From IMG/VR virus record IMGVR_UViG_3300033233_001970: a stretch of 64,000 bases of DNA; one strand, written 5' to 3'. Positions within the stretch are counted from its first letter, which is position 1; the number at the start of each line of letters is the position of its first letter. The notes under the pieces were generated by a model, which ran no database searches, was not told the origin of the DNA, and worked only from the letters and a program-made list of their open reading frames with translations. Origin of the DNA: a virus (Duplodnaviria > Caudoviricetes). Below are positions 41,253-51,249 of the stretch, piece after piece. A program made the translations under genes and the position numbers.

Positions 41253-41410
41253 GCACCAGATGTATCACTTGCCGTTTGAAAACGAAAGAAGTTACCAATC
41301 GTCAAGGGCCCGTTCCGTCATCCGTCCCGAGCGTCGTAGGCGATGCGCAAGATCTGTGGCCCTTTTCGCCGCGCGCCTTTTTCGTTCGTATTCATTTTTT
41401 GTGTCTTTCA

Positions 41411-42019
41411 TCAGTCACCCGTTCCGTCGTCGAGCGCGCCGGTTTGCGGCATCGCGCATACAGCCATTGCTTGCTCGAACCAAGGATTCAAACATCCGAG
41501 GTTCAATCTCAGCAAATCGTCAGGGAGAAGATACATCGACGGAGGTACGACGATCGTCAACGGTTCGTCGACGATAATCGCGCGCCACATGCAAGGTGGT
41601 TTCTGTCCCTTTGCTTCACACCCATGTCCGGCGTCGAGCGGCAACAATTGCTGCGTTCCGTCATCGCTCAACTTCCAATCACGAGCGATTTTAATGACGA
41701 ACTTCGATCGCTCGAAAGGTAGCGGGAACGTGAGCCCTACGCACGAAGCGCCCGTCGCGCTCTTGTAGACGTCAGGTAACTTCGGCGGGGTTCCGAATGT
41801 CTTCGTGACGCACGCCTCGACCGCGTCAACAACGCGATCGATACGTTTCAAATTAATAGGACCGCCAGCGTCAACACGAATGCCTTTTGGCGTCATCTGC
41901 GTCGGATTGATCGCGTAAGCGTGCTGCGGGAAATAGTAGAGAAAATCGCGCAGAGGGAGGTGCGGCGTGCATGCGCCGACGACGATTACGACAACCGTCA
42001 AAAGAAGAATACGCATCAT
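41411..42019 (-). CDS. lipoprotein
   Basis: MMRILLLTVVVIVVGAC lipobox-type signal; several Cys. Confidence 0.65.
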   Translation of the reverse strand: MMRILLLTVVVIVVGACTPHLPLRDFLYYFPQHAYAINPTQMTPKGIRVDAGGPINLKRIDRVVDAVEACVTKTFGTPPKLPDVYKSATGASCVGLTFPLPFERSKFVIKIARDWKLSDDGTQQLLPLDAGHGCEAKGQKPPCMWRAIIVDEPLTIVVPPSMYLLPDDLLRLNLGCLNPWFEQAMAVCAMPQTGALDDGTGD

Positions 42020-43008
42020 TGTTCGTTGGTACGACGCTGGCGATGAATTTCGTTGAGCGCGCTCGTGCTTCGTCCGCACACGTCGAGCACGTCTTCCATC
42101 TCGAGAAGTTGGTTGAGCATGTCTCCGCGTGGGACGACGCAGCCCATGAGTCCAAAATCGAGACGAATGCGGCCCGCACGAAAAACGGTGACGTCATCGG
42201 AAGGAACGGATGCTCCGCCTTTTCCTTCCGAGGCCGAAAGATGAGACTGCATTTCTCCAAGTGCTTGCATGTCGTGCGCATTAAGAAGAAGTCCCATCGG
42301 GATACCTGCTGGGAGAAGCGCTTTTTTGGGAAGCTTGTAGAAAGGCTCCGTGGCGCCGATACCGACGAACTGCTTGTCGATGGGAGAAATCTTCGTAACG
42401 AAGCTTTCGGGAACGAAGAGCTCGGCGGCTCCGTATCGCTGAAGACGGGCATTCAGCTCTTCAACGTGTTTTTTGATGACGACTTCGCGCTCCTCCATCG
42501 GATCGCGCTTGAAGCTCTCTGGCTGCTTGAGGAAAAGAATCTGGCTGAGCGGATCATCCACAAGCAGATATCGCTGGGAAACCTGAAAGCGCAGGCCGTA
42601 CGCGTGCACCATGCTCGCGAGCGCACGCCACGCCGGCAGCCCGTACTCAAAAAGCGCCGGCTTGCCGCCGGTTGTTTTGCCACGAACAACAAACGACTCA
42701 GCATCGGCGAACGCGTGAAAGCGCAACCCCACGACGAGGGTGTCCTGCTGAAGAATGCCGTTCATGACCAAGGACGACTCGGCGTGGTCGACACCGCCGG
42801 GAACGTGGCGAAAGTCCTGTCCGAGATCAAACTCTTCACCGAACGTTTTTGCAATGTCCGCGTCTTGCATCGGAAGCCCGATGTTGAAACGCATATACTC
42901 GACATCTTGAACGTCCTTGATGTCGAGGTTTTTGACCACGTCCACCGCGTTTTGGTTGCCGGATTTTCGTTCGAGAATTTTCATGAGTTGCTCCCCTATG
43001 TTTCGCAT
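42016..43008 (-). CDS. hypothetical protein (330 aa), possibly a capsid-protein-like beta-sandwich
   Basis: The ORF is solid and has its own -10 motif; the fold guess rests only on alternating beta-strand patterns. Confidence 0.3.
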   Translation of the reverse strand: MRNIGEQLMKILERKSGNQNAVDVVKNLDIKDVQDVEYMRFNIGLPMQDADIAKTFGEEFDLGQDFRHVPGGVDHAESSLVMNGILQQDTLVVGLRFHAFADAESFVVRGKTTGGKPALFEYGLPAWRALASMVHAYGLRFQVSQRYLLVDDPLSQILFLKQPESFKRDPMEEREVVIKKHVEELNARLQRYGAAELFVPESFVTKISPIDKQFVGIGATEPFYKLPKKALLPAGIPMGLLLNAHDMQALGEMQSHLSASEGKGGASVPSDDVTVFRAGRIRLDFGLMGCVVPRGDMLNQLLEMEDVLDVCGRSTSALNEIHRQRRTNEQ

Positions 43009-43103
43009 GAGCGAAAGATAGAGTTGTCATGCAAAAATAACCAGCGTTTTCGATCGATCTCGTGTCTCGGTCTTGTGATACTTTGTCCCGAAGAGGTGCA
43101 GAA

Positions 43104-43475
43104 ATGGATTCCTGGATCGTCGTCGCGAGCACACCCGCAGGCCCCACTTTCTACGGAAAAGACGTAGGTTGGACTTCCGATCCAGCCGGCGCGTCGCGAA
43201 TGAGTGGAAGCAAAGCCAACACTCTCGTCGGCCGCATTCTTCGCGTATCCGCCCAGCGAGCGGCGCAGGCGGGACGCCCGATGCAAACGAGCAACGTACG
43301 CGCGATAAATCTCGCGGGTCGCCACATGCAGCCGAGCGCGGCGATGATGGAGATGTACCGCGCGAATCCGGAGGGCATGGGCGGGTGGATTAGTGAACAT
43401 CCTTGGATGACGTTCTTCTTGGCATTATTTGGAATAAGCGCAATTGCAACTATCTTTGGCCCTCGCCATTGGTAA
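43104..43475 (+). CDS. C-terminally anchored membrane protein
   Basis: RANPEGMGG followed by TM. Confidence 0.65.
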   Translation: MDSWIVVASTPAGPTFYGKDVGWTSDPAGASRMSGSKANTLVGRILRVSAQRAAQAGRPMQTSNVRAINLAGRHMQPSAAMMEMYRANPEGMGGWISEHPWMTFFLALFGISAIATIFGPRHW

Positions 43476-43481
43476 GGATTC

Positions 43482-44816
43482 ATGACGCTCTATTGCGGCA
43501 CGTGCGTCACTCCTACGGGTGAGCCTTGTCTCTTCCCGCTCGATACGCCAAAAACTGCCGGCGTAGGCACGGTCGCGAATTTCGCTTCCATCGCGGAGCT
43601 CCGCGATTTGATCAAAGCGAAAGACTACACGTTAGACCAACTCGGTAAAGCGTACAAAGCCTTCGAGCCCTCATGGGTGACGAAGGATTCGTCAGCGCAA
43701 CAAGATTGGCTGGCCGATTGGAAGGCTCTTCTTTTTCGGTACGACGGCGCGCACGCGAAAGCAGAGGCGGCCATTTTCGCCGCAAAAGCAGTTCCGCTGG
43801 ACGACCGCCTCATCCCTGCACAAATACAATGGGACGCGGTACTTCGTTCTATCCGTAAAAATTGGGACGGACATACTGGCGGCGAGCTCGTAAAGGGAGA
43901 TCTCCAAGACCTAAACAACCGACTGCAATCGGCGCAGAGCAAACCGATTGACTATTCCAATATGCCGCAACCCGTGATCGGCAGCGACGCCGATCTCAAC
44001 TTGTTTCAGGCTGCCGATGTCACGATCAAGAAAGGCTTCCCAACCGCCGCGTACGTAGCGCTCGCACTTCTCGGAAGCATCGGCATCGGATACGGCATCT
44101 ATTTCGCGATGACGCGCACGCGTTCGTCGAATCCGGCTTCCGGTCGCCGCGAGATCACGGGCGGCCCTATTGTCTACATCGAGCGTTACGAGAACAAGTA
44201 CCGCGCATACTTCAGCGACGGTTCGTTTACGGGTTTGCAAGTCGGCCCCGAAGACGAGGACGAAGAAACAGGCTCGTACGATCGTCTCGTGGACCGTCTT
44301 CTGCACAAATGGCCGAACGTCGCCATTGTTCGAAAATCAGAGCGCACGCACTGGGAGCCGTACAAACAATTTCCACGCGGCGTTGTCGCGGCGAATCCGG
44401 TTCCAGAGACCGATCTCGGTTACGCTCAGTACAGAAAACAAGTCCTGAATCTTCTTCTGTATCAAGGTACAACGCGATCTCAGGCCGCTAGACTCATTCA
44501 GGTATACACCTCCGCCATCGCCAGAGCCTACGAACAGAACATGGCGCCCGCCTTCGCTGTGCACGCGATCGTCAACGATCGCGGCTTCATGAAAGTGTTG
44601 GTCGCGAATCCCGTACGGCGGAAAATCATGCGTTCAGGATTGAAACCAGGAGATCATGTTGGCTGGGCCGACAACCGTAGCGATTGGCTCGGCGTTGTCA
44701 CGAAGGTGTGGGTTAAGCGCGTCGACAATGTACCAACCGAAGTGGCGCGCGTCCGATGGGACAAGAGCGGTTACGAAGGATTCGTGCGGCATACGAAACT
44801 CCTGAGGCGCGTATGA
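43482..44816 (+). CDS. modular membrane protein (helical domain, TM, three NP-linked domains, last one KOW/SH3-like)
   Basis: AGVG; SSNP, AANP, VANP; LKPGDHV...GVV. Confidence 0.8.
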   Translation: MTLYCGTCVTPTGEPCLFPLDTPKTAGVGTVANFASIAELRDLIKAKDYTLDQLGKAYKAFEPSWVTKDSSAQQDWLADWKALLFRYDGAHAKAEAAIFAAKAVPLDDRLIPAQIQWDAVLRSIRKNWDGHTGGELVKGDLQDLNNRLQSAQSKPIDYSNMPQPVIGSDADLNLFQAADVTIKKGFPTAAYVALALLGSIGIGYGIYFAMTRTRSSNPASGRREITGGPIVYIERYENKYRAYFSDGSFTGLQVGPEDEDEETGSYDRLVDRLLHKWPNVAIVRKSERTHWEPYKQFPRGVVAANPVPETDLGYAQYRKQVLNLLLYQGTTRSQAARLIQVYTSAIARAYEQNMAPAFAVHAIVNDRGFMKVLVANPVRRKIMRSGLKPGDHVGWADNRSDWLGVVTKVWVKRVDNVPTEVARVRWDKSGYEGFVRHTKLLRRV

Positions 44817-45634
44817 GCAATCTCCAAACAGGCGTTGGCGGCGTCGGCGGCTCGGTTTGCGACGTCGACTCGGTGCTCGGCTACAAACGTCGCTTGATCG
44901 GGCCGTGGACGTCGCTCAAGTCGGACATCGAAGATTGTCCTCGCATCTCGCTCGACCAGAAAACGGCATTCAAGCTCGACCTGATCGCTTTCAACAACTG
45001 GTTCACCGGAAAGATGCCGGAGCTGCCGTTTTGCGGTGACACCCAGCTCATCCACGAAGGGCAAGATTTCGAAGCGCGTTACAACAACTGGCGTCGAGTC
45101 CTGATGGGACTTTCGTGCCCGCCTACGGAGCCGGAGCTACCGCCGCTTCTCGATACCGATCCGCGAAGCCCGAATTACAAACCGCCCGAAAACGATCTGA
45201 TTCGTACGCTGAAGGTGGTGACGACTGCCGTGGCTGTCGTTGGCGGCGTCGCGGCGCTGATTTACGGACTATCGATTGCGGCACCAATCATATCGGCGAC
45301 GGTGAAAACCGCCATCCCGCGCACAGGGGCAAGAATGAGACGACCAAATCCCGCTCGAAACGTAAAGCGTGGCGATCTGGTCGAGTTCACGCGAGATTAT
45401 CGCATTGATTACACGGTGGGCGATGGAGAGTTTGGCGTAGCTGTAGAAGACGAGAGATCGGACAGAACTGTTCTTGTCGAACTGGCGGACGGCTCTACTT
45501 ATCGCGCTCGTTTCATACATGCTTACGCGTGGGGCGGATGGATGCCAGAAGAACTCGAGTCGACGTACATGAAATATCGACCAGTTGACGAAGATGAATG
45601 GCTACGATCCACAATTATTCGCAGTTGGGTCTAA
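44813..45634 (+). CDS. modular membrane protein (helical domain, TM, RPNP, SH3/KOW-like domain)
   Basis: TGVGGVGG; MRRPNP; VKRGDLVEF. Confidence 0.75.
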   Translation: MSNLQTGVGGVGGSVCDVDSVLGYKRRLIGPWTSLKSDIEDCPRISLDQKTAFKLDLIAFNNWFTGKMPELPFCGDTQLIHEGQDFEARYNNWRRVLMGLSCPPTEPELPPLLDTDPRSPNYKPPENDLIRTLKVVTTAVAVVGGVAALIYGLSIAAPIISATVKTAIPRTGARMRRPNPARNVKRGDLVEFTRDYRIDYTVGDGEFGVAVEDERSDRTVLVELADGSTYRARFIHAYAWGGWMPEELESTYMKYRPVDEDEWLRSTIIRSWV

Positions 45635-45635
45635 G

Positions 45636-46289
45636 ATGAAAATCGTCGACAAGTTCAAGGAGCTCCCTCCCGGCGCGCAAATCGGCATCATGCTCATCGG
45701 CGGCGGCGTACTTCTCGCGGGCGGTATCGCGCTCGCGATGAGCGGAAACAAGGCGACCTCAGCGGCAAAACCTCTCCCCGGTCCCGGTCCCGTACCGCTT
45801 CCGCCAAGCACCATTCCGCAAAAGGCGCCGTACCACATCACCTACCGTGGCGTGACCGCAACCATCGGCCAGGATCCTGACGATCCCGAGAAATGGATCG
45901 CCGTCTACGCGATCAATGGCCAGAAGGCTGGAATCTACACGCGTACCAACGAGAGTGGCATCATCAAGCGCTTCAACGATGCGGTCGACGCGTATTACGC
46001 GAACGCAAAGTGGTTCGCGCTGAATCTGTCGAACGGAATTACGCTGAAATCGAACGTCGTCTACCGTTTGTCGCTTCCCACCAACGTTCAGGTAGCCTTA
46101 CCGGTTGTCTCCATGGGACGCACGATTTCCTTCTCCGAATTGCCGGAAGATTGGCCGCCGGACGATCGCACCGATCCGACGCGTTTTCGCTACGAGCTGT
46201 GGCCGACGAGCGACTTGCCGTTGCCGCCGCTCAGCAAAGCGTTTGGATGGGCGCTCTCAACAACGACGGCTCCACAGCCTCGGGCATGA
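45636..46289 (+). CDS. N-anchored membrane protein with two recurring modules
   Basis: TM, Pro linker, YRGV module, then VYRLS..LPEDWPPDD. Confidence 0.75.
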   Translation: MKIVDKFKELPPGAQIGIMLIGGGVLLAGGIALAMSGNKATSAAKPLPGPGPVPLPPSTIPQKAPYHITYRGVTATIGQDPDDPEKWIAVYAINGQKAGIYTRTNESGIIKRFNDAVDAYYANAKWFALNLSNGITLKSNVVYRLSLPTNVQVALPVVSMGRTISFSELPEDWPPDDRTDPTRFRYELWPTSDLPLPPLSKAFGWALSTTTAPQPRA

Positions 46290-46648
46290 AGATGACTCAG
46301 GACATGACTCTTCCGGGTGACCGCTCCGAGGTCACCACCACCGTCGAGAACATCGCGCTCGGCGTTGCGATCGTGGGAGCCGTCGTGGCCGTCGGCAGCG
46401 TCATTTCTGTGCTGCGCCATCCTTACGCGCAATGGAGATCAGAAAATACAACCGCTCCGACGAGTGCGTACGTCGTGGAGCGCATCACAGGCGGCGCTTA
46501 CGTTGGGCTTCCCGTCGCAGGTATTTTCGGTACTGTCGTGGCCGCGACCAGCAACCAATACCAAATGGCCGGCAAGGCGGCTGCCGTAGCCGGATTTGGT
46601 GGAAACGCTTTGCTCTGGGCGTGGATCTTCCGTGGAGTTCCCAAATGA
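46286..46648 (+). CDS. membrane protein (3 TM)
   Basis: Hydrophobic Gly/Ala helices. Confidence 0.65.
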   Translation: MKMTQDMTLPGDRSEVTTTVENIALGVAIVGAVVAVGSVISVLRHPYAQWRSENTTAPTSAYVVERITGGAYVGLPVAGIFGTVVAATSNQYQMAGKAAAVAGFGGNALLWAWIFRGVPK

Positions 46649-47067
46649 AACGCAAAAAGAAACAGCTCCGCACGCTCGAGTCGTATACGCATTCGCCGTA
46701 CCTCTACGAGACTCCAAATCCGTTCACGGATACCGCGAAGAAAATCACGACGATTGCCCTTATCGGCAGCGTATCGGCTGTCGTTGTCGGGTACGTCCTT
46801 GTACGCGTGGGCGTCTCCAAAAGAAAAACCGAAGATCCCTACGTGGCCAGCTCCACGGGTCTCAAGCTGGCGAACGCTGGCGAATGGGCGCTATTCGGCG
46901 GTAGCCTCGCAACCTTCTCCGCGCTCGGCGCTCTTGTTGCGGGTAAAGTAAACGATAGTGATATTGCGGCTGGAGTAGGCGCCGCCGCTGGCGCGATCGT
47001 AGGATTCATACCCGCCGCTATCTCGACCATGATTCTCGCAGGAGACGTGGGAACAGGGCCGCACTAA
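46645..47067 (+). CDS. membrane protein, RTLESYT.SPYLYE..NP leader
   Basis: Leader shared with 47083-47487. Confidence 0.75.
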   Translation: MKRKKKQLRTLESYTHSPYLYETPNPFTDTAKKITTIALIGSVSAVVVGYVLVRVGVSKRKTEDPYVASSTGLKLANAGEWALFGGSLATFSALGALVAGKVNDSDIAAGVGAAAGAIVGFIPAAISTMILAGDVGTGPH

Positions 47068-47082
47068 CCACGTGAGCAATCA

Positions 47083-47487
47083 ATGCCTAAGAAGCGACAC
47101 AAGAAACAGTTCCGTACCCTCGAGTCGTACACGTACTCGCCGTACCTCTACGAGAAAACGAACCCCATCGAGCCACCGACCTCGCCCGTTGGTACGGCCG
47201 TCGTTGCGACGAGCGCTCTCGTCGCCGGAACGGTCGTAGGCGCTACCGCTGTTTACGTGTACGTGCGCAATGAGCCGTCCGTTTGGCGCGGCCTTGCCAT
47301 GATCGGCGGTGGCGTCATGGGCTGGATCGCGACCGGCGCCGCAGGTCTTCTTGTCGCCGCGTTCTCCGAAAAATGGCGCAAAACCGCTCTCACGACAGCA
47401 GGGCTTGGATTTGGTGTGCCTCTCGCGATTGCGCTCCTGGGAGGCGTGCGCCATCCAGTAACCGCAACACCTGCGCCGCAAGCTTGA
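47083..47487 (+). CDS. membrane protein, RTLESYT.SPYLYE..NP leader
   Basis: Leader shared with 46645-47067. Confidence 0.75.
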   Translation: MPKKRHKKQFRTLESYTYSPYLYEKTNPIEPPTSPVGTAVVATSALVAGTVVGATAVYVYVRNEPSVWRGLAMIGGGVMGWIATGAAGLLVAAFSEKWRKTALTTAGLGFGVPLAIALLGGVRHPVTATPAPQA

Positions 47488-47670
47488 CGCCATGGAGTAC
47501 ACGAGCACCGCGCTACTTCTTCTCGAATGGACGCACGAAGACAGATGTGCGTTGTGTCATGCGAATCGTCCCAATCACGAAATTGGCTGCGCGCTCGATA
47601 ACGCCCTGGCAGAACGCGGCTTGACTACCCAAACCAACCGTGACGCCGCACGAAAGCTTCTCGTGCTCCC

Positions 47671-48054
47671 ATGACTGCGCCCATCATCAAAATCTGTAGT
47701 TGCTGCGGCAAATCCTACACACGAGCCGCATGGAAAAAACTTCCACTCGTCGCGGCCAACTACGATGTGGTCGGCGATGGCGTCGAAGTGCTCGAGCTCC
47801 GAAATTGTTCTTGCAACAGCACGATCAGTATCGTCGTCACAAAAAAGAATCCAGTTCAGTATTTCGAAACCTACGTAATCGATGTCGCCAACCTCCTGAC
47901 CGATCGCTACGATCTCCATCCTGACGACGCTGTTGAAATCATCGAGGAGTACCAAGACGCCGTCATCGGATGGCAGGAACGCGGTGTGACCGTCGAAGAT
48001 GCCGCCAAAACGCTCTACGTTTATTTCGAGGAGCTCTTGACGAAATATGCGTAA
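47671..48054 (+). CDS. zinc-ribbon + KKNP + helical module
   Basis: CSCC...RNCSC; NPVQYFETYV. Confidence 0.7.
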   Translation: MTAPIIKICSCCGKSYTRAAWKKLPLVAANYDVVGDGVEVLELRNCSCNSTISIVVTKKNPVQYFETYVIDVANLLTDRYDLHPDDAVEIIEEYQDAVIGWQERGVTVEDAAKTLYVYFEELLTKYA

Positions 48055-48856
48055 TCCAATCCGACTTCGCGGCGAGCACGTCCCGCTTTTTCTGATCTCG
48101 GTTTACGTTGCCGAGCTTGCCGTCTTGATGAAAACGAAGCTAGGACTTTCGCCTGAAGAAGCGAAACGGCTTATCGATCGATACGATGTATACGTCATTC
48201 AACTTTTCTTGAGACGAGTTCCCGCCGACGAAACCGCTCTTCTCGTGCTTGATGCGGAAGAACTTGGCGAGGTCAGGCCCTCCAACGGCGTTCTCTTCGA
48301 AACGGCTGGCTACGTCATCTCTGTCGCCAATTCGCTTCAGTCGCGTTACGGCATGAATCCTCTCGAAGCTCTTGTTCTCTTCGATCAGTACGAAGACGAG
48401 GTGATCAAAGCGGCAGGGTACGGCGTCAAGCCCGCTACGCTTGCGAACCAACTCGTTGAAGGCCATTGCGGCGCGGAGGCGGCACGCAAACACGAACAGA
48501 ATCCTGTCGCTCCGTTCTTCGAGAACAGTCTCCGACGAGCCAGTCTCGAGCTCACCGGCGCGGCGCAGCATTTCAAGCGAACGCGTGAGTGGCTCGACAT
48601 GATGTACTTTCGACGGCTCGCGGCGAAAGAAGATCGTGAGCGCTCTGAGGCAATCCGATCGTTCAATGCAGGTGTTCACTCGTTCGGTCGCGCCATCGGG
48701 CGCCTTGAGGAGCTACAAATGCGCGGACGGGTTCCTTCGCGGTGGGTTCGGCTTTTCGAGCGCAAGATACGCATTGTCGCCGAAGCCCAGAGCGATGCAC
48801 GAGAAGCTATTCTTTTCGCATGCAAATCCTTCCACCGGCGACGAGCAAGAAACTAG
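48047..48856 (+). CDS. modular protein with two helical modules and a C-terminal helical domain
   Basis: MRNP leader; EQNP linker. Confidence 0.75.
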   Translation: MRNPIRLRGEHVPLFLISVYVAELAVLMKTKLGLSPEEAKRLIDRYDVYVIQLFLRRVPADETALLVLDAEELGEVRPSNGVLFETAGYVISVANSLQSRYGMNPLEALVLFDQYEDEVIKAAGYGVKPATLANQLVEGHCGAEAARKHEQNPVAPFFENSLRRASLELTGAAQHFKRTREWLDMMYFRRLAAKEDRERSEAIRSFNAGVHSFGRAIGRLEELQMRGRVPSRWVRLFERKIRIVAEAQSDAREAILFACKSFHRRRARN

Positions 48857-48892
48857 ATTTCTTGCCGAACGATAAGATGGTATCGTGGCCTC

Positions 48893-49198
48893 ATGGCCAA
48901 GCCGACCAAGGGCGAAATTCGCAAGCTGATGAAGCGCATGCGTGACGATATTCTCGGGCTCAGCGACGCGCTCAAAGAAAACAAAGGTCGAAACGCCATG
49001 CTCTTCGTCTGCGACCTTCAGCGCGTGGCTCGCGCGACGCGCGATCTCATCGCCGACAGGTATCCGCAAGAGAATCCTGTCGAAGAAGAGGAAGAGGACG
49101 ACGAAGCGGACGAAGACGACGACGAGGCTGATGAGGATGACGAGGTCGAGGAAGATTTCGACGATGCGGACGAGGACGATGGTGAGGAGGACGACTGA
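48893..49198 (+). CDS. protein with poly-Asp/Glu tail
   Basis: QENPV followed by ~38 mostly D/E residues. Confidence 0.75.
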   Translation: MAKPTKGEIRKLMKRMRDDILGLSDALKENKGRNAMLFVCDLQRVARATRDLIADRYPQENPVEEEEEDDEADEDDDEADEDDEVEEDFDDADEDDGEEDD

Positions 49199-49438
49199 TG
49201 CGGCTGAAAAAAAGCGCCCGCAGCAATCGGTGACGTGATTTTGATCTCTGGCGATATCGACGAATGCGATCGACTTCACTGGTGGAAGTACGAGCCTGCG
49301 ATGAAATTCCGTCGACCCGATGGTACAACGGCCAGCGCAAAGTGGCTCGTCGCCTGCCACGAGCATGCTGCGCGCTACAATTTCGATCCGTCGCGCATGA
49401 AGGTCATGAACGACGCGACCTACACCGGAGATAACTAA

Positions 49439-49699
49439 TTATCCTTCTTCCGGTCTCGATAGGTACATCGGCGTTCGTTCGCCAACCCACGCGCCGGCCG
49501 TGTTAAATTCGAAATACTCCGATGCTTCCTCGTACGATCCGCCGTCGCGCATGAGAATCTCGAGACACTTCTCGCGGTCATACACGACAACTGGCGGCTT
49601 TCCGCATCGTCCTGCGACGCCGAGAATGGCGTCGTCGAAACCGTCCGCGAAGAGAAGCTCATCATCCCCTGTGAGCTCCACGAGCTGTTCACGCGTCAT
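49439..49699 (-). CDS. conserved phage-type small protein
   Basis: DGFDDAILG...VVYD...EEASEYFEFN..GAWVGERTP. Confidence 0.7.
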   Translation of the reverse strand: MTREQLVELTGDDELLFADGFDDAILGVAGRCGKPPVVVYDREKCLEILMRDGGSYEEASEYFEFNTAGAWVGERTPMYLSRPEEG

Positions 49700-49756
49700 G
49701 GAGCGTGGATAATCGAAAACGTAGACGAAGTCACGGACGACGCCTACGATTCACCC

Positions 49757-49978
49757 ATGACACCGAACGAGATCGCCTGGTTCGAGCACGCGCTAGGGTA
49801 CGTCTCGGATTTCATGATGAGATTTCAGACCGGTCTTTCTCCACGAGAACGACTGATCGCTTCGATCTCACTCCACGCAGCCCATGCCGAAGAAGCCATC
49901 GCCGCTGGAGATTCAGCTCGCGCTCATGCGCACATCGCAGGGATGGGCGAAGAGTTGCGGAAGTTGAACGGATCGTAG
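49757..49978 (+). CDS. hypothetical protein
   Basis: TACGAT-N6-ATG start. Confidence 0.6.
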   Translation: MTPNEIAWFEHALGYVSDFMMRFQTGLSPRERLIASISLHAAHAEEAIAAGDSARAHAHIAGMGEELRKLNGS

Positions 49979-50035
49979 TTGGTGACGATTTCTTCACGTC
50001 AACGCAAATCGTTCACGTGCTAGAATCTGCAAACC

Positions 50036-50524
50036 ATGAACGAAGACGGCGACATCATGCAGTACATGGCTCCGTACATCAACGCGCTGAAGGGCATGAT
50101 GGGTACGAGCAGCACGTCGAACGTCGTGCTCGACGAACCTCGTGCATGGGATCAATACATCGGCCACGCGCTCGCGTTCCTTCGTGACAAAGAAAAGCCG
50201 ATGACCGATCCCGTCGTCTTCGCGGTCGAGATGGCCGATCGGATTCTCGCGGAACGCCGTAAGCGTTTTCAGCCCGAAGAGCTCAAGGCGCAGATCATGC
50301 CCGAAGAGGAAAATCCCATGGACAATCTCTGCGGCAAATCCATCAACGGTCGTTGGCGCTGCGTTCTCGCTCCGAATCACGAAGGCGATTGCAGACCCGT
50401 TACAGCGACCGCCACGACGACACCTGCGCCGCCACCCATTCACGACGGCCCCAAAGGCACGCTCGAGGCCCATACGGGCGTTACGCGCTTGCCTCCGCTG
50501 CCGTTCCCGCCACAGGATGCGTGA
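50036..50524 (+). CDS. hypothetical protein
   Basis: TGCTAGAAT upstream. Confidence 0.65.
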   Translation: MNEDGDIMQYMAPYINALKGMMGTSSTSNVVLDEPRAWDQYIGHALAFLRDKEKPMTDPVVFAVEMADRILAERRKRFQPEELKAQIMPEEENPMDNLCGKSINGRWRCVLAPNHEGDCRPVTATATTTPAPPPIHDGPKGTLEAHTGVTRLPPLPFPPQDA

Positions 50525-51186
50525 TGCGGAAGAACCCCGCGCAACGCGGCACGTGCGGTCAGTACAACTACCGAAACGTGCCTTTCACCGCGTACTACAC
50601 ACCTCTGAGGCACGTGTGGTGTTACGACATCCGCGCGGTTCGGGACGTGTACCCGCTCGCGGATGCGGGCGTTCTTCGGTGCGAATCGACGAGCTGCGCG
50701 GCAGCGGTTTTGAGCGCGCGCCTGCACATCGATCGACTCATTAGTACCATCGGCGGAAAGATCGTTGTCGGGGCTCATGTTTCGGTTCCATACGATTCTC
50801 TCTTCGTAGAGCTCCGAACCTCACACGGAGAAGAAGTCGCTGTCGGAAGCAAGAAAATCGCTGGCTCCATTGTCAAAGAAACGCCGAAATTCGTGGTTAT
50901 CGAATTTCGACCCAGTGGAGGAAAAAGGCTCGGACATCTTCTTTACGCCGTTGTCGATCGTAGGTATTTCGAACGACACGCAAAAGAGGAAGGACGCGCC
51001 GAGGTCGGAGAACCTTCACTCGAGAACCCTCTCCCGGACGTCGTTCGCGCGGGGATGCTCATACTCTCGATGGTCTTCGTCGGCACGGGCGTCTACTTCA
51101 TCGCCAAAGCCGTCGATCCTCTGATGCCGCAGCCCAAGGAACAGTATCCAATATTCGGGCAGGAGCCTCAGATTTACTACACGTGA
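50524..51186 (+). CDS. modular protein with MRKNP leader and C-terminal ENP-TM
   Basis: MRKNPAQ; LENPLP + TM. Confidence 0.7.
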   Translation: MRKNPAQRGTCGQYNYRNVPFTAYYTPLRHVWCYDIRAVRDVYPLADAGVLRCESTSCAAAVLSARLHIDRLISTIGGKIVVGAHVSVPYDSLFVELRTSHGEEVAVGSKKIAGSIVKETPKFVVIEFRPSGGKRLGHLLYAVVDRRYFERHAKEEGRAEVGEPSLENPLPDVVRAGMLILSMVFVGTGVYFIAKAVDPLMPQPKEQYPIFGQEPQIYYT

Positions 51187-51249
51187 TCGTCTTGCGTTCC
51201 GACAATGAAAAATGTTTCGGATCCGAAAAAACTCGGCTAAGATCTGTTC

